From positions 2,108,001 to 2,172,000 of the forward strand of contig NC_027217.1 of the NCBI RefSeq assembly GCF_000981445.1: a stretch of DNA of 64,000 nt, given 5' to 3'. Source of the DNA: Babesia bigemina. Its lineage: Eukaryota. The notes beneath the pieces were generated by a model. It was not told the origin of the DNA. It worked only from the letters and a program-made list of their open reading frames with translations, and ran no database searches. Numbering within the stretch: the first letter of the stretch is position 1; every line of letters starts with the position of its first letter. The position numbers and the translations under genes are program-made. Below, piece after piece: positions 36,595 through 50,306 of this stretch.

Positions 36595-39500
36595 ATGGAG
36601 ATATTCTCCAGGGGAGCGGTCCTCCGCTGGATGGAGAGCTCCAAAATCACGGCGGTGGCATGGTGTTATAACAACCTGATCATCGGCAACGACGCCGGCG
36701 AGCTCTACGCCTTCCAGGCGGCGGCCGTGGAGGTAGGTGTGGGCCGCGGCCGGCGCGGCGCAGCCATGGAAGGCCACTGACGCCCTTGCAGAGCCCCGTG
36801 GAATCGCAAATATACAAGTTCTCGAAGGTCAGCAACCGACGCATCGCGCGCATATGCCCGCTGGAGCCGAAGGAATGGATTTTGGTGCTCAACGCCGATG
36901 GAGACCTGTATGTCCTCGACGCCTTCTTCAAAGGGCATGCCACCATGCTCTGCAAGAGGGTCACCGCCGTCGGCAGGAGGCTCGCAGAGGTGAGCTACGA
37001 CGCTGCGGCCAAGAACGGGCCTCTGAACGCGCTGGTGAACCTCAACCAATTCTGCATCGGGACCGACAACAGGTTGTACCTCTACTCGGCGGAGGATCAG
37101 GTAGAGCAGCAGCGCGCTATAACGGTGGACGGGGTCGTGCATAGCGTTTCGTGGTTCAAGGGCGTCATAGTCGTGGGCACCAAGGAGGCGTACTACCTCC
37201 TGGACGCGGAGGGGACGGTGTGCCACGAACTGTGCAGCAACCTGCAGATGGACGAGAAGGATGTGGGAGCGCCCGCGCTCACGACGGCCTGCGTGGACGG
37301 CGACGTGATGGTGGTGTGCCAAAACATCGGCATCTTCTACAGCACCGAGACCCTGAACCTGTCGAAGAAGAACACCATCCAGTGGCGGAACCGGCTGGAG
37401 GCCCTGGGCTGTGCGCCGCCGTACGTTATCGGTATAACGGTGGATCGCCTGGTGGAAGTGTACGGAGTCAGGGACCAGCTGCTGTACCAGACCATAGACC
37501 AAACCAACGCCACCATTGTCCACTACATGCCAGACAGGTCGTGCGTCCTCACCGCGACGCCCAACGTCGTCACTGTGATGAAGCCCAAATCGTACCATCA
37601 GTGCCTGACCGACTGCATCGAGCGAAAGGACATAAGGCAGGCGATGCACCTGGCGGATGTGTATTTCGCGGCCGACGACCCGATGCGACCCGTGGAGACG
37701 AAGGTGGCACATACTGTAGCCGGTTGGGTCAGGTTCGCCGACGTCAACTTCCCCCTCGCATTCCAGCATTTCACGTTGGGGGATGTAGACATAGTCCACC
37801 TGATATCGTTTTGGAACCACTACGCCGAACTCAAGGTTCCCGACTCGTACGTCCGCAACCAGCAGGTGCCGGCCATCCTGCGGAAGTTCATACCCAAAGC
37901 GTCTGGCATCAGCCAGTACGTCGTCAAACGCTTCAATGAGCTGAAGGATGTCCTGCCGGAGAACACGACGGTAGCAAAGCTCTTGGAAATGGCCAACGTC
38001 TCCTTTGCCGCATTCCTGCTGAAGCACTTCAACCCCAAGACGTTCCTGAACAGGAGCGGGGAGCCACTGGACGACTTCAACCAGGCGCTCGTGGCCACGG
38101 TAGAAAAAACGAACCTGCTGCTGCTGGCCGAGTGCGACGACCCTAAATGCAGCATCATCATCAACAGGCCCAGGGAAGAAACCTTCCTGGACCCGGACGC
38201 GTGCGGCAGGCACCTCCTGCAGATGAACAAGAGCGAGGTGTTCGCCAAACTGCTCATCAAGCAGGAGCGATACAGGGAGGCGATGGACATCATGGCCAAG
38301 TACATCAGGGACGAGGTCGGCGAGGTGGCGACGGAAGACGTCACCCTCGAAATAAAGTCCGTCTGCTGCGAACTCGCCTCGTGCCTCAACATGCTCATCG
38401 AAAACAGCCACAACGAGTACACAGGTTATTGTTTGTGCCATAAATCTCATATCCCGCAGACAGCAATACAAATGTCAAACCGGAGGAAGAGATCCGGGAC
38501 ATCCTCAACACCTACCTACCCGTGCTGCTTTCGAGCTACCCCAATGCAGGTGGGTGTGAATCACACAGTTGCCGTCACCGCGTTCAGCCCTCGACGTGCT
38601 GACGAAGAATCACGCGATGATCCCGTTTAGCACCGACCAGATCGTGTCCATGATAGACGCATACGCGCAAAAGGTGGGCAGCCGCATCGCGGGAGTAACT
38701 TGCCGCAGGGCTACTGCACGTCCAACATTGCGATGCGCATCAAGTACCTCGAGGACCTGGTCATCACCAAGAAACACGGCACCGTGCACGAAAACACGTT
38801 GCTGGCGAAGCACTACATCAACGAGCGTGAGTGGATACAATTGGCGACCCATGCTCCGCAGTGATTCTCCACGGGAAGACCAAGAGTGCGAAAGACGGCG
38901 TCACCGCCATCAAGAAAACGCTGCTGGAGCTACTGGAATCCAACAACAACTTCGACATGGTGGAGCTGGAGCCGCTGCTAGCGAAGCTGAATTTCGTCGA
39001 GACGAAGGTGCTGGTGCACAGCATGTTCAACCGCCATGAAGACGCGCTGAGGACGCTGTTCGATTGGGAGGAGTCCGGCGATAGGACAAAGCGATGTGAG
39101 GCGTACTGTATGTGCTTCGGAGACGTCGCAGCTGTCTACAGCGCTGTGGAGAAGGAAACTCCGTTCAAACGGTACTTCAGCAACTTCGACTACTGGATGC
39201 GCAGGGCCAACGAGTGGCCGCTCACTGGGCACCACATATACAACATCAATACGTCGGACACGTCAATCGACAGGCTGCTATTGCGACTGCTAAACATCAT
39301 AGTGGAGCACTCCCAACGCGACGAGGGTTGCATCACCGTGGTACGGGACCTGCTGGCGAAGTACATTCCGCTCTGCACCCACAGCTCCGTGCTGAATGCG
39401 TCCAGCATCGTGGAACTCATCCCGGACACCTGGAACTTCGCCCTGTTCGCCGACGTGTTCACGCAGCTACAGCTCAAGGCGCTGCACGAGCAGCGGACCA

Positions 39501-39748
39501 TGGCCATGAAGCGCGGATTGACGAGGTCGCTGCATTCACAGACAGCGAAGAACCTCTACAAACTCACGTGCGTCCCCCCAATCACAATAGACGCGAGCTC
39601 CACGTGCAGCATATGCCAGGAGCCGATCAAGCTGGGAATGTCGATCGCCATACCGCCGCCGAGCCAGAGCGACGCTACGCAGCAGCAGGGCGGCAAGCAA
39701 CCGATGCTCATGCATGAACAGTGCGCGAAAAACGTGCACGACAAGTGA
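36595..39748 (+). CDS. Vps39/Vam6/TGFBRAP1-like vesicle-tethering subunit (CNH propeller, helical region, C-terminal Zn finger); multi-exon
   Basis: CNH-like PPYVIG..VEVY..QLLYQTI, KYLEDLV, RHEDALRTL, ELIPDTW, and C-terminal CSICQEPI..HEQC. Confidence 0.8.
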
Positions 39749-40229
39749 TTCCGCAAACTGCTGTCTTAGTCAATGGTGGTATGGCCCCTAGGTGTCTGTC
39801 TTCTCAGCGATCACACACGTGACCGAAGCGAAACGATATGTGTGATCGGTGCTTTCAGACCTTCAATCCCCGCGTTAGCTACATCTAAATATGCTATAGA
39901 ACTATAATAATCAGCCTTCCAGCATTTCAAAGCGGAATAGCTATCACATAACGAGTCGTAAACGACATCGGCAGCGCAGCTCATACATCGCAGCAAAAGA
40001 CCAAGCGTTGGCCATGAACTCCGGAATAACCGACTTTGTTATGCAGCACAAGTTTAGCGCCCGGAAACATGTTAGTAATGTCTGGATGCACCCCATGGAT
40101 TCCATGCAATCGCTCGTAATAGACGCGCGCGCATTCAGCGAAAATCAAGCAGCGTGATGCCATAGACATATTCAGGGCCCAGATAGCTCCTGGAATTCCA
40201 TATTTAGCCTTTCATGTAGAGCCCAGAAG

Positions 40230-43200
40230 ATGGCGGCCGCGACAGAGAACACACTCAACGTCGGCGACGTCGTCATGGTATACGGCGTCCGGGGCACAGT
40301 CCAGCACGTCGGACCGCGGGAGTACGTAAACAAGGGGGACGGAGATGTGCTCCACCAGATCATCGCGGTGAAGACGGACAAACCGCTTCGCGTGACGACG
40401 AATCCCGAGGAGCAGCTCAAATGCGGCGGCGATGAATACGTGGCCTGCGTCCCCGCCGGCTCGGTGAAGCATTACAACGGTGAGCGTTGCCGTTGCATGC
40501 TGCCATAAACCGCGCAGAGCAGGAAGCGGCCGCGACGCGTATCCAGGCGTTTTTCCGAAGGGCGATGTGCAGGATCAAGTACGTGCGGGAGGCGGCCTTC
40601 CTTTTCTGGGACCACATGGAAAACCTGCAGGAGCAGCGTACGCTGGCCAGCAAAAGGTAGCATGCGCAACCGGTGCCAGACATCGTCGTACAGAGATGTG
40701 TACATACCTATTCTGAACCACATCAAGAGCAAGCACGAGCAGGCGGCGGCGGCAGATCAGACCAACGCGCCGCAGAAACGCTTCTCAAACGGTTTCGAGG
40801 AGATCAAGTGCCAAAACTACCAGGAGACCTCCTACAATGGGCCCAAGCTCGGGAAACAGGTGACCACCAAGTTCGCCAACGAGTTGCTGGACGCGTACAA
40901 GTCCGGCCAGGTGGTAAGCGTGTGATCACGTGTACGCAAGCATTTGTCAGACGAAACTCCCGATCGACTACGCCCAGCGCATCCTGGTTGACATGCTCAA
41001 CTGGTACCGCAGCAATGACAAGGGTGCCGTCAACCATGTAGAGGTCCCATCGCACGAGAATGGGAACCTCATCGTTGTGGGCGACCTGCACGGCCAGCTC
41101 AACGATTTCCTGTGGATACTGTACAAATTCGGTCCCCCGTCCAGCAGGAACGTCTACGTGTTCAACGGGGATATAGCTGACCGTGGCATGAACGCCACCA
41201 ACATCTTCCTGCTGTTGTTCGCGTTCAAACTCGCCGATCCGGGGTCGGTTATCATCAACCGCGGGAACCACGAGTCGGAGGACATGAACGAGGCGTACGG
41301 CTTTGCCAGGGAGGTCCGCCAGAAATACGACGGACACATCTACAACCTGTTCCAGCGGATTTTCTGGGAACTGCCGCTGACGATTGTTATAGAGAAGCGC
41401 ATTATTGTGATCCACGGAGGGCTCTTCAGGTACGACGGAGTCACGCTGGACGTCATCAACAAGGTCAACCGCAAACGCATGTGCCCCGCGTCGCCGGACA
41501 CCTTCGATGACAGCATCGTGTTCGACATGCTTTGGTCGGACCCGCAGGACAAGGAGGGCAGGTCGGCGAGCACCAGGGGGGCGGACTGCATCAGGTTCGG
41601 GCCGGATGTGACGGCTGCCTTCCTGGACCTCAACAAGCTGGAGGTCTGCATCAGGTCGCACCAGGTGCCCAGCACCCTGAAGGGTATAGAGACGTCGCAC
41701 AACGGAAGATGCGTGACGCTGTTCTCGGCGTCAAACTACTGCCAGACCACCGGAAATACCGGCGCTATCGTGAGTTCCCGATGCGTGTGCACTCATGGCG
41801 CAACAGCTCATTTTCACCAAGGGGCTGCACTTCGAGGTCAAGGAGTACATGTCGCCATCCCTGGAGGCCATCAACACGCTCGCCAACAACACCAACACCG
41901 TCACCAACAAGGTCATTGACGCCGCCCTCTCGGTGGAAATGGAGAAGGAAACGCAGTACCTCACCAGGCACACCTCCGAGAAGATGCTCAACGACATCCT
42001 GCTCAAGATCGCCGACATTGTCTGTGAGAATAAGCAGGCGCTCTGGCTGCACTGCTACAAGTACGACACGGCTAAGAACGGTATGGTGGACCCGCAGCCC
42101 TGGACGGACGGCCTCTCGGAGCTGGTGGGCATCAAAATACCGAGGCTCTTCTCCATATGGCTGCTGAAGGCCCTGGACAAGAACACCGGCAAGGTGCCGT
42201 ACAACGACGTGCTGAAGCGGTTCCACATCGGATACGAGCCCGTTGGCCACAGCCACAAGAACATCGAGAGGGAGTGCATCGCCCACATCTTTGACACCAT
42301 GATCAAGTCGGACCTCAGCCTCAAGGAGATCCTCATGGTGTTCGACCGCAACCTCGACGGCGTGGTGTCGTACGCCGAGCTGGACGAGGCCATTAGGAAG
42401 CTCAACGTGGGGCTGTCCAACCCGCAGATCAAGATTCTCATGCGGACGATTCTGAGTAGTTGCATCGACAACGAGGGCGGCAGGGCCGACATCGTCGAGT
42501 TCCTCAGCAAGCTCAAGGTCATCTACTCGGCGTCTACCAGGTACAAGGTCAAGGAGGACTGGATGGAGGCTGCGCTGCCCGCAATCGGTAGGGTGATCCT
42601 CTCCGACAGGACGGAGGCGGCCGCCAGGTACTACAACCCCAACTACGACCCCAGCGCAGCGGCGGCAGGTGCCAGCAGAGACGAGACGTCCAGAAGGCGG
42701 TCGTCCGCAATCCGGGCCGTGGCGCTCTTCCAGAAGTTCCAGGACTACGACAAAATCGGAGGCGGGCTGCTGTCGTACTCGGACTTCGCCGAAGCCATCA
42801 AGAAGCTCGACCTCAGCAAGGCGGAGCAGGAGCTGGGCTTCAAGATCACCGATCAGCACCTGTTCGAAATCGCCCACATGATCGACGTGACCAACACCAA
42901 CAAGATCAACTACCTCGAGTTCCTGCAGGCCTTCTACGTGGTGGACCAGAACAAGTACTCCGTGGTGAACGAGGTAGGTGGCGCACAACGCTGGACACAC
43001 GTTCGCAGATGTGGGACCACATTTGCAGCACGCTGTACAAGCACCGAAGCAGCCTCAGGCACGCCTTCCACTCCTACGACGCGGCCCACAACGGCAGTGT
43101 CTACATCCACGAGTTCAAGGAGGTGCTCTACGCAATGTACGAAACGCTCGGATACACAGAGTATGTTGAAAATAAAAGTCGCACACGGCTCGCAGGGCGC

Positions 43201-43322
43201 CCTTCACGTTCGAGCAAACTGAAATTCTCGTCGAGTGCATCGACACCAACGACGAGGGTATGATCATGTACAACGAGTTCCTGGAGTCCTTCCACCCACA
43301 ATACACCATCAGCACGCCATAA
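40230..43322 (+). CDS. PPEF: Ser/Thr protein phosphatase with EF-hands and IQ motif (PPEF/rdgC/PP7 type); multi-exon
   Basis: GDLHGQ, GDIADRG, RGNHE, HGGL, LWSDP, IRSHQ, FSASNY; IQ motif [10 protein letters not shown]; several EF-hands such as [12 protein letters not shown] and [12 protein letters not shown]. Confidence 0.93.
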
Positions 43323-43420
43323 ATTCGCGAAAATGCGACCTGTAATATTAGTGTTCACTACCCAAGAGACGGCGACCCACACCACACGGCCGCCCAGCGC
43401 TGCTCGCGCCACTCACAGAC

Positions 43421-43953
43421 ATGGCAGGCCGATCCGAGAAAAAGCGCTCCCATAGGCAGAAAACCGCGGGGTTCGTCTACTCCCTCATAGCCATCATTTG
43501 CGAGGTACGTTAGTAGCCAGAGTGGCGCCGAGCAGCCCTCGGCGCTACACACACTGTCAGTACCCGGCCATATTCGCTTTTCAGGGTCTGTGGATCATGC
43601 GCAACGTGATTTACCCATCGGATGCAGTGAAGGCGGAATTCAGCACGCTCGCCTGGAGGGTAGCGCTCATTACTGTCTCCTACGTAGTCAGTGTCTACAT
43701 CATCTACGACAGCATCAGGGTCGGCGTGTCTTTCAGCCTGTCTAACGACCTATTCTGTCTGACGACGGCGGTCTGTGTGCTCAGCTTCTTCGTGAACTGG
43801 GCTTTCAAGCTGTTCTACATCGTCCCGCTTTACTTCCTGTACAAAATCGGTGCCTTCGTGGTCGGATGGGCGCTGACCCCCGAACCTGAGGTTGAAGCGA
43901 GCTCGAAGCGGGCCGAAAAGTTGAAACGGAAGTACAAAGTCATCAGGTCGTGA
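43421..43953 (+). CDS. TMEM208: TMEM208/SND2 (DUF788) membrane protein; 2 exons
   Basis: Exon 1 MAGRSEKKRSHRQK.., then DLFCLT..LSFF..FYIVPLYFLYK and the C-terminal SKRAEKLKRK typical of the family. Confidence 0.75.
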
Positions 43954-43965
43954 AGCGCTCGCCCG

Positions 43966-44703
43966 ATGGAGGTCGTTGAGGACGTCGAGGTGAAACAGCC
44001 TACTGCCAGCACGCCGGCTGCCGGGTCCGAGGAGTCCCATATCAGCGCCAAGCTTCAGGGCACGGAGCTGTACAAGAAAGGCGATCTGGATGGAGCCATT
44101 GATGCATGGTTCCAGGGATTGCGAGCTTTGCAGTTCATCCTCAACAAAAAGGAGGAGTTCCACCGCGACGCGGCGTCCGACGAGGACATGCAGAAAAAAT
44201 GGGACTTCTTCGTGACATCGTACGTTCAGCTCTCCTCTAACATGTCGCTGGCGCTGCTGAAGAAGGGGGACTATGCGGGGTGCATAAAGTACTGCAACGA
44301 CGCACTGCAGTATGACAAAGGCAACCTGAAGGCGTTCCTCAGGCTCACGCAGGCCAATGTCGAGCTCGGGCAGTTCAACAAGGCCATCCAGCATTGCAAC
44401 GAGGCTCTGCAGATTCACCCAGAAAACGCGGAGCTGAAAATGCTCAAGAAGAAGGTCCTCGCGCAGGCGGCGGCTCACGACCGGCTGCAAAGGCCCATCA
44501 TGAAGGGGATTTTCCAGAGGATGGAGACGGACCCGCGGTCGCTCTCCGGGCCCAAGGAGTCACTCGTCTCCAAGGCGCTGTCGAAGGCGGCAGGTATCGC
44601 ATGGAAGGTGGCGCATCCAGTGCTCAGGTTTTTAGGCCGGTACGTGAAGGCGGTGCTAATCGATTACGTGGTTAAACCGTTCAAGGCGGCACAGAACCTA
44701 TGA
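43966..44703 (+). CDS. TPR-repeat protein (FKBP/co-chaperone-like TPR)
   Basis: KLQGTELYKKGD, SNMSLALLKKGDY, NLKAFLRLTQA, ALQIHPEN. Confidence 0.85.
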   Translation: MEVVEDVEVKQPTASTPAAGSEESHISAKLQGTELYKKGDLDGAIDAWFQGLRALQFILNKKEEFHRDAASDEDMQKKWDFFVTSYVQLSSNMSLALLKKGDYAGCIKYCNDALQYDKGNLKAFLRLTQANVELGQFNKAIQHCNEALQIHPENAELKMLKKKVLAQAAAHDRLQRPIMKGIFQRMETDPRSLSGPKESLVSKALSKAAGIAWKVAHPVLRFLGRYVKAVLIDYVVKPFKAAQNL

Positions 44704-44801
44704 AACGCCTATAGTGCGTAACTCTATATCTATTTTTACGTTTGTGTTCGTGTAGTCGCGAGCCGCTATGAACTGCGCCGCTGTTGGCACGTAAAGGAGC
44801 G

Positions 44802-46692
44802 TCAAAGGATCTCCTCGTTGGAATCCGAATAGTACGTCCGGGCGAAAATTGGCACCCAGTCGCTTTTGCTCCTCCTGAGCCTGCTCGTGTCGGCATCTAT
44901 CATAACCTGAGGCACTGTCGCGAGCCAACCCTGGGCACCCACCTTAGGCATGATGGCGTTCAGCTCGTCCATGAAGGTGTCGGACACCTTGGGTCCGACT
45001 TCGTGCACAAATTCTCGCACCTGATCGCAATGTCGCCGCACATAACCTCACAAACCAGTAATTGGAGTTCCGCCCGCGTGGTGATGAGCTCACGCTCGTT
45101 TTCGCGCCAGACGTTGATCTTGCCCATCAGGATCACGTAGAAGACGCGAAGCTGGCGCAGCAGAAGCGGCAGCTCGTTGAAGTAACGGAGGTTGATGTAG
45201 TACAGTATCGGCAGAATCGCCATGCAGCAGCCGACCGTGATGGCAATCTCCTTGGGGTTGCGGCTGAGGTACAGGCCCAGCATCAGACCGTAGAACAGGT
45301 TGAACAGTGGCGTGATCACCATGAGCACCAGAATCTTGTAACTCGCCACCACGTCGGCGCCCTCAAGCTTCACCACGGAGTTTTTGAGAGCCTGCTTGCG
45401 GTGGTTCTCGGCCAACACCCACGATATGACGTACAGCGGGAACCACAGAAGGAAGCATGACAGCCCGAGGATGCTGTAGCAACCGAACATCAGCAGCTGC
45501 TCCAAAAACAGCAGCGTCGCGGAGTGCATGGACTGCCTGAGCAGCCACACCTCGTCGTCGTGCAGGAAGCTGCTCTTCAGCATCGCCTTGTACCTGGCCA
45601 GTTGCGCGATCAGTGCGATAGTGTTCGCGTCCTCGCCGTGACGCCAGAAGATGGTAGACAGGATCTTGCGCAACTCGAACTTCTTGTTCGTGGGGATAAG
45701 GCTGCGCTCGGGAGGGTACAAACTGCCGCACAAGTCGATCCATCCCTTGATGTTCTTGTTGGGTGCCGTGATCATGCAGTCGTTCAAGCCCTTTTCAATC
45801 ACGCCCAAAATGCGATTCACGACGGTGTAGCGGTCTACCTGGAACTCCTCGACGTCACGCTTCGAGATGGTGATACCGGTGCCGTAGTAGACGGTGGCGT
45901 TGGACTGGATGCCGTGGCTGTCACCGTAAGCGAGGCCGACCGGCAGGATGACGACGTCTTCCGCGCCCTCGAGTAGGGAGAATATGGCCATCAATACCAC
46001 ACCGGGCTTCAAGGGCAGCAGGTTGGTGCGGTCGTGCGAGCCGCCCTCAGGGAAAATTGCGATGGAGTTTCCAAACCTCAGAGCAGTGGAGACAGCCTCG
46101 TAGGTGTCCGAAAGGTCAACCTTCGGCAATATCTGAACCAGGCGTTATACAGATGGACATTTTAACGTACCCAAAAATCTTCGCCGTTCTCCTCGTCCTT
46201 GCAAGGCCGTGAAATGGGGCGTTGCAGGGTCAGCTCGGTGTCGGAGTGCACGGCCTCGATGCTCAGCTTCTGGTCGATGAAGTAGAGCTTGTCGCCAACA
46301 TTCAGGTCCATGGTGAACTGGGTATCCATGCCACGGATCATGGTGTCGTTGTGCTTCCAATGGATCTTCCCAATGCCCATGTACTTCAGGTCCTCCTGAC
46401 GGTGGACGGGGATGCAGCCGGCTAAACGGGCCAGAGATCCAATCACACGTCGTCCCAGGGATTTCATCGCAACCAAAAAACTAATCTGCCGCGGCACCGC
46501 GTAAATCAGCGTGGCGGCGTCGATGAACTGGTTGTTGTGGTTGCCTACCAGGATAACGGGGCCGAACAGTGGGAGCCGCTCCTCGTTTATGACCGTCACC
46601 TTCATGAAGAATGTGCGAATGATCACGGTTGTCAGCCATTTTATCAACATGTAGAAGTTGAAGACCCGAAAGTCGGTCGTAGAGAGCTGCAT
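44802..46692 (-). CDS. Glycerol-3-phosphate acyltransferase (fungal Sct1/Gpt2-like); multi-exon, start uncertain
   Basis: [10 protein letters not shown] (HX4D), [38 protein letters not shown] helices. Confidence 0.9.
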
Positions 46693-47235
46693 CTTGACCT
46701 GCCTATATCAGATATTCATATACCAGAAAACAGAACGACAGAACTATGAGTTGAGTGTCTCCTTGCATAAGGGCCCATCGTAACCACGTCAGTGAAGGCC
46801 TGGCAGTCGAAATATACGTCTGAAACCTCCAGAGCGCTACACCAAGTCGAAATCACCTTGAGCATAGGAGACGACACACGTGACCAGCCTTTACTGTTCG
46901 AGCAGAGAAACGATGGATTATCACTTGCTAAAAATCGCCAAGATCGTAGAGCGTGTTTTGATGTCTTTCGGCGAAATGTGTAGAGCAGACCAAACAGGCG
47001 TCCGAGGATGGCAGTGCCGCCCACGATTAACCGAGATTCCACGAATATGCCCAATTAGATGCCAACAACGTATGTGTATCGATAATAGTCGAATGCCGAA
47101 GTATGTGCGCTCAAACGTATACGATCAGCTCGGTTGTCAACCGGGTGCCAACACTTGCAGTCACCAGACAGCAGTAGATGCCACTATGGGTGTGCCATTG
47201 CTGACTGCATAAACGCTTGCAGTAACAAACGAACC

Positions 47236-49364
47236 ATGTCTATGTTCCGGTACTCTCAGGGGTCTGGACTGATGGCCTGCAAATACCGAGTCCAGACGAT
47301 AATATGCAGGGATGGGAGCATATACGGAGGATATACACCGCATATCCAACACATTGGCAAGTTTGTCATTTGTGGCGCTGTACAAACGCGGTGTATTCAT
47401 CATGGCTTCCAGTTTGATCGCATATCGCCGTATAAGCCAAACAATACCATCCCATCAAATGAGCTTGATGATGTCAGCCGAATCTCTATCAAAACCCTCC
47501 CGTTCCCTCCCTTAATCAAAGACAAGCTCTTTCAGCTTATCAAGGCTGCGGGAAAGAAGAAGGACATCGATGCCTCGGGATCATACATCGCCAAAAGGCT
47601 GGCCGCCAGGAGGTGCGTGGAGGTCCCGCGGGTGCTGCCCTCGAGTACGTTGCCAGCTTTTATTGCGTTTCACCCACAAATCAGTACTGTTGGACTCGGA
47701 CTCTGCGAATACGGAGTACTTTGAGGGGATGAAACAGCTTTCCGACGAACCAGAGTTCTTCCACCTCAAAACGCTGTTCCAACAAAATAAACTAGGGGTG
47801 AATGAGCAGGCGCAAATCGAACTTGCCGAAGCGGAGGATGCTAGGCACAAAGTAGGTTTGCACGCCACATATCTCATCACCGTTGTAGAATTCGACCATA
47901 CACTTCTCACCCAACATCGCAGTTGCGCATACGGCGCACACTTTCTTTGGGCACTACGCAGTGTGTCTACGCATATTCAACGAAGTAGTTACCATCTCAC
48001 CAATCATTAACACACGTGTACAGATGAAGCTGAGAGCGCGGCAATTTAAGCCGACGCGAATTATGTTTTACAATGCAGGAGCTGGGGCCTCGGTGGCGTA
48101 GGTTGTGACCGGCACGTAATGTTAACACGATCAGGGCGGCGCATACGATATGGGATCTGAATACATTTGAAGACATACTGGTCGTTGAACCCTCAAGAAA
48201 CCTCGCCAAAATATGCGAGTATCTCATACCAGGTAGGCCTTTTTTTCTGGTGAAAAGGCATTGCTCACAGGGTTCAAAAACATGCGCTTCCAAAGCGACG
48301 TGTATGAAAGCACCGACTTTTTTGATTGCGTCGTCATCCCATATAGTTTGACGGATATTCGAGGTTTTGAGGTAGATAAATTAGTGATGGCATCATAGCG
48401 CTTGTTCAGGCAAGAACACTGCTGGTCAAGAACCTGTGGAATAGGATCAAAGTTGGAGGATATATGGTATGTATTGTTTTTACAACCAGTGAACAACGCA
48501 TTTGTAGGTTATGGTTGAGGCTGGGACGCCAACAGGGTTCAGAATACTCCACTCCATTCGTGAGGTGTTCATATCGCAACTGGAGAAGGGTCGCTTCCAC
48601 TTTCTGGCTCCTGTGAGTCAGCAGATGCATTTTGCTTGCTTTAAAGTAATTCAGTGTCCACATGAGGGATTCTGCCCACTGGCATTGACGGGAAAGGACT
48701 GGTGCCACTTCTCCCAACGTATTTACAGAATTCCCCACTATTTATACCAAAAGGTACATTCTATATCACACTTGCTAATTTTTACAGGGTTCAATCGCTA
48801 GATCCATAGACAATGAAAAGTATTCGTACTTGGTGGTTGGAAAATCTGCAGGACCACGGTAAGGCACCTACCAGCCTTCGAGATGGGGTGCAGGCAAAAA
48901 TTGAGCAATGAGGCGGACGCCAAAAATGCTCAAGAAAAGTCATTCTTTTGGCCACGTATCGTCATGGTAAATTGACGATTCTGTTCCAAAAAATCATGTG
49001 TAGCCACCACTGAAGCTTGGTAGAAGAGTCATAATGGATTTATGTTCAGCTCCAAATAATTTCAAAAGGATAGTAAGTAATGGAATTACATAATAACGCA
49101 CATGCAAAACACCAACCAATTATATTGTCAGGTTGTGCCAAAGAATACACCAGAGAGCAGCGGATACAAGTAAACATTATGTCACCCTGTATAATGCGAT
49201 TCAGATGCGCACGGGACGCCATGTGGGGGGACCTCTGGAGGTTCCCGCATCGGGACCAGCGGCCGATAGCTAGAGCATACATGCCAGACACGGTGAGGCA
49301 ACGGCTTATTGGGAAGCCTAAAACGGGGTATAAGAATGATAGAGCACACAAGGGTAACGAGTAA
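47236..49364 (+). CDS. RSM22: Mitoribosome SSU assembly methyltransferase-like Rsm22/METTL17; multi-exon
   Basis: VEAGTPTGFRIL, APCPHEGFCPL..WCHFSQR, NEKYSYLVV, WPRIV, ARDAMWGDLW. Confidence 0.88.
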
Positions 49365-50306
49365 AGCCCACTTATTCAAAGTGGCCGCCAAATCAGCAAT
49401 GTATCGTTTCAATAATCCATATAGTTGGCACTTATCGGGTATACACGTGCAACGTGTTTTGTGTGGTCTACGACGCTTTTGCCTCACCTTTAGATGTTTT
49501 TTTCCACACGTTCTGAAAGGAGCTCGTCTGTTATGTAGTGCGATTAATAAAGGTTTATCTAAATTGTACGCAAATAGCAGTATGTCGTGCGTAACATAGA
49601 ATAATAGATTCTATGGGTTTTTTGGTTTGATATCTTGTACTATAACGTAATTAAGTTGCCGTCGCTTGCTTTACGCCGGTGAGGTGGGAATCGAAACGGT
49701 AAACGCTGTAAAAAACTTATAGAAAACTAGATACATGCTTACCATTTCACACTTTTACAAATGATATTATTACATAGGTAAATCGTGCAACGTCATGAGC
49801 CTGTGCGGGTCCATGGCGTTCGCTGATATTGATGGAAGAGTGTATTGCAGGATATATATTTTGTCAACTCTGACAAACATAACTCCCAAGTGAAACGTGT
49901 GAAACCTGCTAAACAATGGCAAGGTATATTTGTAGCGTAATCGGTCTTATTGAGGCTTGCAGCCTATTTATATCGAGTAACCGTCGATGTATAGATCCTT
50001 TATGGTTGGCGCAATGTCTCTCGTAATAGATCTTTACATTAAGGTTTGAAGGCTGTGTTAGGTATTAAATGCGTATATCGTCACCGAAGTGTTACTGCAC
50101 GCATCCAATATGGCACTATCAGGTGAATCTAAGTTTCGGCAGTGTAAACCGATTTGCACATAGCATGACGCCATCTAGGTGTATGTGTATGCTGTGAATG
50201 TATAGTATATTATGTTACTATAAATGCCAGCACATTGGCGCTGGATGTGACATGACTACATGGGGAAGCAAGGTTGTCGGAGTTTGTGGCGGTATAATAT
50301 GGCGGG

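Noticed and set aside
44698..44928. ORF overlapping the TPR gene stop as the GPAT terminal exon
   Set aside because: The spliced GPAT frame ends at 44802 (..SNEEIL); this ORF is in another frame
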